This document shows positions 57,818-64,000 of a stretch of DNA of 64,000 nt, piece after piece (within the stretch, counting starts at the first letter, position 1; every line of letters starts with the position of its first letter). Origin of the DNA: Candidatus Shapirobacteria bacterium (GTDB lineage: Bacteria > Patescibacteriota > Microgenomatia > UBA12405 > BS750m-G30). A program made the position numbers and the translations under genes. The stretch spans positions 107,467 through 171,466 of the forward strand of contig JBDRHA010000011.1 in the NCBI GenBank assembly GCA_043817235.1. The letters are read 5' to 3'. The notes under the pieces were generated by a model, which saw only the letters and a list, made by a program, of their open reading frames with translations, did no database searches and was not told the DNA's origin.

Positions 57818-58040
57818 CTCGCCCAAAGGGCGAGAAAATCGCGCGCTTCTTTCTTAAAAAAAGCGAGGGCCAAAGGGAGTTTAAAACTCTTTTTTCAATA
57901 CAGCTTAACCGTTGTTCGGGGAGGTTCGGATTTGTTGGTAAAGATCCACCATCCACAAAATGGATTTGGGATTTGGCCTGATTTTGGCCGCGCCCCCGCT
58001 CGCAAGCGATCTTCAATTAATACAAGGCTAAGTTTCCTTC
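57818..58040. repeat. modular intergenic element, copy B (modules 1+2+3, with an extra GAGTTTAAAACTC hairpin)
   Basis: CTCGCCCAAAGGGCGAGAAAATCGCGCGC...; its module 2 (57905-57950) is 45/45 identical to copy A; module 3 is followed by an extended -10 TGATAAAAT. Confidence 0.8.
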
Positions 58041-58136
58041 CTTGAAAAAGCGATTTTTGATAAAATATCCTTAATATATAAACCCTACTTAATCCCCATT
58101 TCAGTTAAAGGCATTGTTTTTCGAAAAAATAGTGTT

Positions 58137-58490
58137 TGGCTAAGAAAAAATGAAAGGAATGAGTGGGAATTGCCCGGTGGGAAAATGGACAAAGGAGAAC
58201 AGCCTGAACAAACAATAGTAAGAGAGCTGGAAGAAGAGCTAGGTTTTAAAACTAAAGTAGTAAACATTATTCAGGCTTACCTTTACACTATCAAAACTTC
58301 TACCGACGAAGCGAGAGGAGTTTTAGTTGTTTCATATCTTTGTGAATTATTAGAAAAAACAGGAAATTTTGAAACCGAAGGAGAAGCTGGCCCAGCTCAA
58401 TTTAAAAAGTTCCCCATCAAAAACATTCCTTCTTTAAAAATGCCTCAGTTTTACAAAAAAGCTATTCTTAAAGCTTCAAGGCAAAAATAA
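58137..58490 (+). CDS. NUDIX hydrolase (non-ATG start; exact start uncertain, frame open from 58032)
   Basis: Nudix box GGKMDKGEQPEQTIVRELEEELGF; upstream in-frame VKGIVFRKNSVWLRKNERNEWELPGGK indicates a TTG/other start before the ORF-track position 58170. Confidence 0.6.
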   Translation, partial: WLRKNERNEWELPGGKMDKGEQPEQTIVRELEEELGFKTKVVNIIQAYLYTIKTSTDEARGVLVVSYLCELLEKTGNFETEGEAGPAQFKKFPIKNIPSLKMPQFYKKAILKASRQK

Positions 58491-58528
58491 TTATGTCAAA
58501 AAAATTAAGTTTTACGTGATTTACAACA

Positions 58529-59185
58529 TTAAACTACCCTCATTATTGAGCCTTCTTTCCCCTTCTGCTCAACAATAATTAGAGCATGGAAATTTTGATA
58601 GACTTTTACTTTTTTTGGCAATGACTTTTCAAAAAGCTCTTTAAGATTGTCATAACTCAGCTGTTTTGATATTTTTTCTCTACTAACCAATCTTTTGGTA
58701 TATTCATCAATAATAAAAGTCCGCTGGTCAGTAGCGTATAGAAGAATCGTGTCCGCGGTTTCTGGACCAATACCATAAAGACTAAGTAATTTTTCCCGAG
58801 CAGGAACCAAATCCTCCTTAGAAAAATTGTTTAGATCTTTATAATTATCAACAATAAAAGAAGCAAGGCCAAAAAGACGCCTTGGTTTTGTTTGATAAAA
58901 ACCAGCTGGCCTAATTAATTCTATTAATTTGTTAAGTTTTTTCAAAGAAGCAATGCTTTTTAAACTAAGCAGTTTTTCTTTTTTCAAATTCCTTAAGGCT
59001 AAATCAGCATTATGCCAACTAGTTCTTTGAGTTAAAATAGCACCAATAGCAATTAAGTCTCTTAACCTGGGAGTCTTTTTTTTAGCACACCACTGGGGCC
59101 AAAACTTTTCTGGGTCACCATGTCTTTTGTAAAGCTCTATATAAAGCTTATGGATTTTGTTTCTACTTCTCATCTTTTCTAGCAC
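58529..59185 (-). CDS. HhH-GPD superfamily base-excision repair protein (endonuclease III-like, no FeS cluster)
   Basis: Helix-hairpin-helix LLSLYGIGPETADTILLYA followed by a catalytic D; 218 aa. Confidence 0.6.
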   Translation of the reverse strand: MLEKMRSRNKIHKLYIELYKRHGDPEKFWPQWCAKKKTPRLRDLIAIGAILTQRTSWHNADLALRNLKKEKLLSLKSIASLKKLNKLIELIRPAGFYQTKPRRLFGLASFIVDNYKDLNNFSKEDLVPAREKLLSLYGIGPETADTILLYATDQRTFIIDEYTKRLVSREKISKQLSYDNLKELFEKSLPKKVKVYQNFHALIIVEQKGKEGSIMRVV

Positions 59186-59218
59186 TGATGAATATATTTT
59201 ACCCTAATTTTGCGAAGC

Positions 59219-59364
59219 AAAAAAATCGCGCGCCTTCTTCCTAAAAAAGCGAGGGCTAGGGGCCCGAGCTTAATCACTGTTCGGGGAGGTTCGGATTTGT
59301 TGGTAAAGATCCACCATTTCCAATATGCTCTCTGACTCGGGCGGATTTTGGGCCGCACCCGCAA
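59219..59364. repeat. modular intergenic element, copy C (modules 1+2, partial 3)
   Basis: AAAATCGCGCGCC...AAAAAAGCGAGGGCTAGGGGCCCGAGCTTAATCACTGTTCGGGGAGGTTCGGATTTGTTGGTAAAGATCCACCA...GGGCCGCACCCGCAA. Confidence 0.8.
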
Positions 59365-59863
59365 ATATACCTATAAGGGAAAATGTTTAGGAGGGTGTTG
59401 AAAAACGCTGTACAACATGCGCACCGCTGGGCGGATGTACCACATTCGCACCCGAGAGTAGCGTCAAAGCGGGACGGCGCTCCAAAATCGGGACTATTTG
59501 ATGCACTTCAGCCCACCAACAACATGCGAACTCACTTTTTCGACACCCTCTTTGTGACACATTTGACAAGATTTGGAGTCTGTGGCACATTTGTATTAGT
59601 TGGCAATATGCATCGGCGGAGAGGCTTCATTCAGGAACCAAGTCCGCCGATAGTTTCTGCTATTCTTCGTCTCGACCGATTCTCGAACGATCTTCCCTTC
59701 TCCATTGTCATGAGAGTCGAGCGTGGTGGCGTTCTATTGCCGGTTTCCACGTCTGGCTCATGGAGGTCCCCAGTTGCCGCGTTGATTCGCGGCTTGCGGT
59801 TTTCTACGATGTCTGAAACGGGCGCGTCATGCCCTTGCTCAACCCCAATCTGGAGCGATAAGC

Positions 59864-60400
59864 TTATCTGGTGTTGCTCACTTTGCCACGTGGGTAGCTC
59901 AAGAGTGATCTTCGGTGGTAAAGCGTGATGCGAGCCGCAAGAGCGGCGTTGCCCAGGAACAGCAAAGCTAGCAGCAGAAGATTGATCGTAAATTCGAGTC
60001 CGGGCGATAAGGTGCGTTGAACACCGTCGCCCAAAAATGGAACCATGTACAGCAATGCTAAGATAGTAAACAGGAGCATGTTGACAAGTGTCGCAAGAAA
60101 TCCAAATGCGACAGATATCCACAGGTAAGTTCTTGAGATTCGTGCTTGCTTTCTGCAAAAAGTCCAAACCGAAAAACCGATGACCGCTAATACGGCAGCC
60201 AGAAGCAACACGGCGGCTTGCCATATGACCCCTTCGACAAAATGAGAGATGCCACTCATTTCTCGAAAGGAGTCAAAAGCTGGCCAATACATGTAGCCTA
60301 TAAGGTAGCTCACGGGGGCAGAGAAGGCCATCAGGAGTACGCCGATGAGTGCCCCGAGGCTACAGATTGGTTTACGTAGCGTCAGCTTTTCATCGTCCAT
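59864..60400 (-). CDS. hypothetical 4-TM membrane protein encoded in a higher-GC islet
   Basis: 178 aa, hydrophobic helices, ~50+% GC unlike neighbouring genes; the overlapping ORFs 59383-59928 and 59631-60224 look non-coding. Confidence 0.4.
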   Translation of the reverse strand: MDDEKLTLRKPICSLGALIGVLLMAFSAPVSYLIGYMYWPAFDSFREMSGISHFVEGVIWQAAVLLLAAVLAVIGFSVWTFCRKQARISRTYLWISVAFGFLATLVNMLLFTILALLYMVPFLGDGVQRTLSPGLEFTINLLLLALLFLGNAALAARITLYHRRSLLSYPRGKVSNTR

Positions 60401-60440
60401 AACGTATTCTCAAGCTTGAGTATAATCCTTACCTTCATGT

Positions 60441-60980
60441 TTAGGCCTCTTGCTCAACAAAGTCAGAAAGATAGACCCCACTATCTTCATCAATTACTAA
60501 TCCTGGAAAATAATCACTAAGCACCCTAACTTCCAAAATACCCCTGATAACCGGTTGGTGCAAAACCATCGGAGGAATTACTATTGTCTCTCCCAGCTCT
60601 AATTCAACCCTTCTAATCTCGCCTTTTCTCTCCTTAATTACTTGTCTTAATATTTCTGGATCTTTTAGTTGTTTAAAAGGAATGCCTGATTCTCTTAGAT
60701 CCAAAAGATAGACATGTCCCTCCCCATTAACCCAAATTTCCTCCTTTTCATCATCTTGACCAATTTCTACTTTGCCACTCTTAAGAGCATAACGCTTCTC
60801 TCCTTTTCGATTAACGCAAGTAGGCCCCTGTCCTACCTCTAGAGATTCTGCTGAAAAAACATCTCCCCAATATTTTCCCTCGGGAACTTCATAGTCTATC
60901 CCATACGCTAGCAATGGTTCCTGGCCTTCTTCATCAAAACTTACCCGTGCTCCTGGTGGTCTTTCGGCATTAATTGACAT
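60441..60980 (-). CDS. hypothetical protein (possibly cupin-like beta-barrel)
   Basis: 179-aa ORF, low-GC codon usage, no firm motif. Confidence 0.3.
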   Translation of the reverse strand: MSINAERPPGARVSFDEEGQEPLLAYGIDYEVPEGKYWGDVFSAESLEVGQGPTCVNRKGEKRYALKSGKVEIGQDDEKEEIWVNGEGHVYLLDLRESGIPFKQLKDPEILRQVIKERKGEIRRVELELGETIVIPPMVLHQPVIRGILEVRVLSDYFPGLVIDEDSGVYLSDFVEQEA

Positions 60981-61023
60981 TAATTTATTTTATCATTAAT
61001 CACGAAAATGATATAATTTAACC

Positions 61024-61548
61024 ATGAATATTCTTGAAGAAATACGTCAAGCAAATAAAAAGCCAAAAGAGATGGCGCTTTTTTTAACCAAAAAGTTCCA
61101 ACAACAAAAACCAACTCCGAAGGAGTATCGCACTGCTCTAGAAAACGCTTCTAAAGTAGAGCAAGGAGTTTTAATTGAAACCATGGAATTTATTACCCAA
61201 GAAAACCCTTCTTTTGCCAAGCCCTTTCTGGGCATTATCATCGAATATATAGCCAGCCCGATTCCCAAGGCAAAATGGGAAGCTGCCCGCATAATCGGTA
61301 ATGTAATTAAAGAGTTACCCACTCAAGCTGAAAAAGGAATTCCCAATCTTTTGGTCAATACTAATGACCAAGGAACAGTTGTTCGTTGGAGTGCTGCCTT
61401 TGCTCTAGGAGAAATTATCAAGCATCACTCCAAAATCCGCCCTAAGCTGATGCCGAAAATAGAAAAAATCATCAAAAAAGAGCAAAACAGCGGAGTAAAA
61501 AACGTCTATCTCAAGGCCTTTAAAGAAATCGAAAAGCAATCAAGTTAA
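61024..61548 (+). CDS. HEAT/ARM-repeat protein (tentative)
   Basis: Repeated alpha-helical units (...AARIIGNVIKELP..., ...VRWSAAFALGEIIKHH...). Confidence 0.35.
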   Translation: MNILEEIRQANKKPKEMALFLTKKFQQQKPTPKEYRTALENASKVEQGVLIETMEFITQENPSFAKPFLGIIIEYIASPIPKAKWEAARIIGNVIKELPTQAEKGIPNLLVNTNDQGTVVRWSAAFALGEIIKHHSKIRPKLMPKIEKIIKKEQNSGVKNVYLKAFKEIEKQSS

Positions 61549-61625
61549 TAACTTGAAATATTTACCCTAAAACCAGCAAAGTTGGCTAAAAACGCGTACG
61601 CTTTAAAAAAGCGAAGCAAAAAAAT

Positions 61626-61886
61626 TTAGCCAAAAACAGCTTTTTTTAGGTAACCCTTAATTAAAGATTGATAGGGCACATTAATTTCATTAGCTTGCTC
61701 TTTAATCCGGTTAATCAAATATTCAGGCAAACGAATAGAAATCGCCCTCGTGGTTGGTTTCAGATTAGGAAAAGAGACTCTTTGGAAGTCACTAGACTCA
61801 AAATAATCAGCTAAATTAATTTTAGCCCAAAACTCTCTTTCTTTATCTTCGTCTTTAAACTTTGGCAGTTTAAGTGGCTTTTTCAT
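61626..61886 (-). CDS. brnA: BrnA-family antitoxin
   Basis: MKKPLKLPKFKDEDKEREFWAKINLADYFESSDF... plus a C-terminal RHH-like region; start placed at the internal Met, overlapping the BrnT stop by ~17 nt. Confidence 0.55.
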   Translation of the reverse strand: MKKPLKLPKFKDEDKEREFWAKINLADYFESSDFQRVSFPNLKPTTRAISIRLPEYLINRIKEQANEINVPYQSLIKGYLKKAVFG

Positions 61887-62166
61887 GTAATTTCCTTTCT
61901 TTTTTATTAACATCTCGGCCAGAAATAACCCTGACCTTTTTGCCCCTAAGGGTAAAAACAACAAATAATAATCTATTTCTTTTTGTTTCTCCTAATAAAA
62001 TGAATCTCTCCTCTTTTTCCGAGTGAAACCGGTCTTTACCAATTACCTTGCTTTCATCAAAAAAAACTTCTTCGCATTCCTTATTAGTTACTTTATGCTT
62101 AATCCAGTTTTTTTCTCTATTCCCTTTATCCCAAATAAACTCGACCGAATTTCCTATTAATAACAT
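61870..62166 (-). CDS. brnT: BrnT-family (DUF497) toxin
   Basis: FIWDKGNREKNWIKHKVTNKECEEVFFD...RFILLGETKRNRLLFVVFTLRGKKVRVISGRDVNKKERKLH matches the BrnT/DUF497 pattern. Confidence 0.65.
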   Translation of the reverse strand: MLLIGNSVEFIWDKGNREKNWIKHKVTNKECEEVFFDESKVIGKDRFHSEKEERFILLGETKRNRLLFVVFTLRGKKVRVISGRDVNKKERKLHEKAT

Positions 62167-62219
62167 TTCTGTATCTCTTTATTGTATATACTGTGTTATA
62201 CCTTGTCAAGGGTAATTTC

Positions 62220-62326
62220 AAAATCGCGCGCTTTCCTTTAAAAAAAGCGAGGGCTAAAGGCCTGACCCGCCTGCCGGCAGGCGGGGCTTCCATCGTTAGG
62301 CGGGATTGAGCGAGGTTCGGATTTTT
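62220..62326. repeat. modular intergenic element, copy D (module 1, degenerate module 2, with a 20-bp GC palindrome)
   Basis: AAAATCGCGCGCTTTCCTTTAAAAAAAGCGAGGGCTAAAGGCC..., CCCGCCTGCCGGCAGGCGGG (62266-62285), ...GAGGTTCGGATTTTT. Confidence 0.7.
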
Positions 62327-62353
62327 CTATAAGCTTTTGTTAAAATATAATTT

Positions 62354-62599
62354 ATGCCCAAATGGTCGCTAAATATTTTGACTGATAATGCTCTGGCCAA
62401 AATGAAAAAGCACGGATTAAGCCAGGGAGAAATCCAGGGCGCTTTTGAAAGATATCAAAAAAAGGAAAATGGCCCTATTTCTGGTTGTACTAGTTTTATA
62501 AGAATCTTGAGGAGCCGGGAAATCGGGGTTATTGCCCGGCAAAAAGAAAATGGCTTGTGGTGTATAGTCAGCGTCTGGCAAAGAAAGCTTTATAAATGA
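62354..62599 (+). CDS. hypothetical small protein
   Basis: 81-aa ORF directly downstream of element copy D. Confidence 0.3.
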   Translation: MPKWSLNILTDNALAKMKKHGLSQGEIQGAFERYQKKENGPISGCTSFIRILRSREIGVIARQKENGLWCIVSVWQRKLYK

Positions 62600-62676
62600 T
62601 CAGCTTAAAAAATATAAGAGTTATTTTTATCCTATCTTAATCTACTTATGAACACTCTGGGAATCGGTTTTTATCT

Positions 62677-62702
62677 TGTTTCGATGTATCGATACATCGA
62701 AA
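62677..62702. promoter_or_regulatory. 26-bp palindrome copy 3
   Basis: GTTTCGATGTATCGATACATCGAAAC is identical to the copies flanking the YerC-like gene; ~75 bp upstream of the 62780 ORF. Confidence 0.6.
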
Positions 62703-62779
62703 CATAAAAGGGCAATATGTCTTGGCATATTACATTTTCTCCTTGACACCAGAGAGAATAAATATTATCCTAGTTTCAC

Positions 62780-63409
62780 ATGGATACTGAATCTGTAATC
62801 CAAACCCCTGCTCCCCAATCTGCCCGCGAAGCATCTGAGAATAAGGGCCGGGAGCGGCGTGAACGTTTTTCCAAAAGACTTTCCGAAACAAGAGTCGGCC
62901 AAACAATCAATAAGTTTAAAAACTCTGTTAGCACGGGAATTGATGTTTTATTTAGATCTCCGGAGATAATGTCAAATGCGTATGATAAGCTAACTAGCAA
63001 ATTGGAAAAACCTAAAAACAATGCGATTGCCAAAGTGACTAATTTAACTAGAAGAGCTGCGGTTTGGGGTTTAACAAGTATTGCTGAACCAATAGAAAAC
63101 AGAATCAGGTCCATATACGAGATCCCTGCTGGTATTCAAGATTGGAAAGCTGATAGGGTTGCCGGTAGAGCAGAAATGCTAGAGCAAGAGGCATATAAAA
63201 AACAGGAACGCATAACTCAACTTCGTAATTTATTAGCGATGATGGAAAAAGAGGCAACAGGTAGTTACTCTGAGGCTTTATCTGCCGCTTCTACAGCTCA
63301 GGCTGAATCCGAAAAGCTACGCGATCAAGCTGACGGAAGAAGATATGATGCCAAAAATAAATTTAGCAAAGCAAGAAATGCTGTGGCCGCTATTAATGCA
63401 ACAGCTTAA
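62780..63409 (+). CDS. hypothetical coiled-coil protein
   Basis: 209 aa, charged alpha-helical sequence; preceded by palindrome copy 3. Confidence 0.35.
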   Translation: MDTESVIQTPAPQSAREASENKGRERRERFSKRLSETRVGQTINKFKNSVSTGIDVLFRSPEIMSNAYDKLTSKLEKPKNNAIAKVTNLTRRAAVWGLTSIAEPIENRIRSIYEIPAGIQDWKADRVAGRAEMLEQEAYKKQERITQLRNLLAMMEKEATGSYSEALSAASTAQAESEKLRDQADGRRYDAKNKFSKARNAVAAINATA

Positions 63410-63427
63410 AATTTTTAAAAATTAATC

Positions 63428-63727
63428 ATGGACTTACAACAATTAAAAGAAACTCTAAATAAAGCCGGATTTTCCGAAGAATCTACTAAAGTAATAAATG
63501 AGATTCTTGATCAAGCTATTGCGCGCGGCTCGATTAAAGCTGAGGAAAAAGAAAAATTATTAGGAATTGTAGACATTGAAACTGAAGCGGCCAATATTGA
63601 AGCGGATGCTTTAGAAGAAGTCGCCGACAGCTTAACTGCCTTTGCCCAAGAAGTTGAGCAAGCCACCGAACAGGCGCTGAAAGAAACAGAAAAAGCGGCA
63701 GATCAAGCTACTTCTGGTCAAAGTTAA
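63428..63727 (+). CDS. hypothetical acidic coiled-coil protein
   Basis: 99 aa, E/A-rich. Confidence 0.3.
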   Translation: MDLQQLKETLNKAGFSEESTKVINEILDQAIARGSIKAEEKEKLLGIVDIETEAANIEADALEEVADSLTAFAQEVEQATEQALKETEKAADQATSGQS

Positions 63728-64000
63728 TTACTTTAGCCTCGTCCATGGGCAAGCCTTCATCATCTAAGGCCGCCTGGTAAACCTGCTTCATATCGGAATG
63801 AACGATTTCTTTTTCGTCAAGACCTAAAAACTCTTTCTTGGTGAACCAGCGGCCCTCTTGAACATCCGAATCAGTCACTTTTTTCCGTTCTTCACTTTTC
63901 AGGCGCACTTCAAGAACAATAAACATCCAAGAGGCACTATTTTTAGTACCCTGATACAGACCCAATATTGATTTGGGCTCAACCTTATAGCCTGTTTCTT
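63708..64000 (-). CDS. hypothetical protein, C-terminal part (gene continues beyond window end)
   Basis: Minus-strand frame stays open from 63708 through 64000; the TTG start in the ORF track is probably internal. Confidence 0.3.
   Translation of the reverse strand, partial: ETGYKVEPKSILGLYQGTKNSASWMFIVLEVRLKSEERKKVTDSDVQEGRWFTKKEFLGLDEKEIVHSDMKQVYQAALDDEGLPMDEAKVINFDQK

Noticed and set aside
57796-57981. 61-aa ORF (+) covering module 2 of element copy B (NRCSGRFGFVGKDPPS)
   Set aside because: The same nucleotide stretch is conserved at 45/45 positions in copy A, including would-be synonymous sites. In copies A and C the frame runs into different, non-homologous tails. That conservation pattern fits a nucleic-acid element, not a peptide.
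54515-62330. Idea that the modular repeats are integron attC sites
   Set aside because: GCTTAAC resembles an RYYYAAC inverse core, but no matching GTTRRRY core or imperfect attC-like dyad is present. Cassettes have mixed gene orientation and carry their own promoters.
1-64000. CRISPR arrays
   Set aside because: No run of regularly spaced 25-40 bp direct repeats was seen. The only multi-copy short elements are the 26-bp palindrome (kilobases apart) and the 55-bp hairpin (two copies).

Overview
This window looks like part of a low-GC (roughly 35-40% by eye), small-genome bacterium; the gene content suggests Candidate Phyla Radiation/Patescibacteria, but that is inference. The gene content behind that guess is a minimal MetRS, a DnaJ without a zinc finger, a YerC/TrpR-like regulator, many GT-C/GT2/GT4 envelope glycosyltransferases, DUF2298 'YYY' and FemAB. 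Backbone genes: a CsoR-type metal sensor, DsbA and Cys-rich protein operon; the hrcA-grpE-dnaK-dnaJ heat-shock operon with a CIRCE-like operator; RmuC; a UvrD-helicase/Cas4-like FeS-nuclease fusion interrupted by an intein at helicase motif III; a second UvrD/PcrA; ABC-2 permeases; FemAB; MurJ; rpsT; metG; TatD; a 1785-aa repeat-rich surface protein; a large envelope-glycosylation locus; and tRNA-Ile(GAT).

The features that stand out:
- A ~4.7 kb high-GC (~60%) island at about 8.4-13.1 kb carries purine/nucleoside scavenging genes: two BMP-family lipoproteins (one frameshifted) and a signal-peptide-bearing adenine deaminase. It has an identical 55-bp hairpin repeat at 8376 and 9851 and sits next to a native phosphoribosyltransferase.
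- A perfect 26-bp palindrome, GTTTCGATGTATCGATACATCGAAAC, occurs three times. Two copies flank the YerC/TrpR-like gene.
- A family of five modular, near-identical intergenic elements lies downstream of tRNA-Ile (54.5-62.3 kb). They partition an accessory region into small cassettes: MFS/GNAT, DedA, NUDIX/HhH-GPD, a second high-GC islet, and BrnT/BrnA.

No CRISPR array or rRNA was seen.
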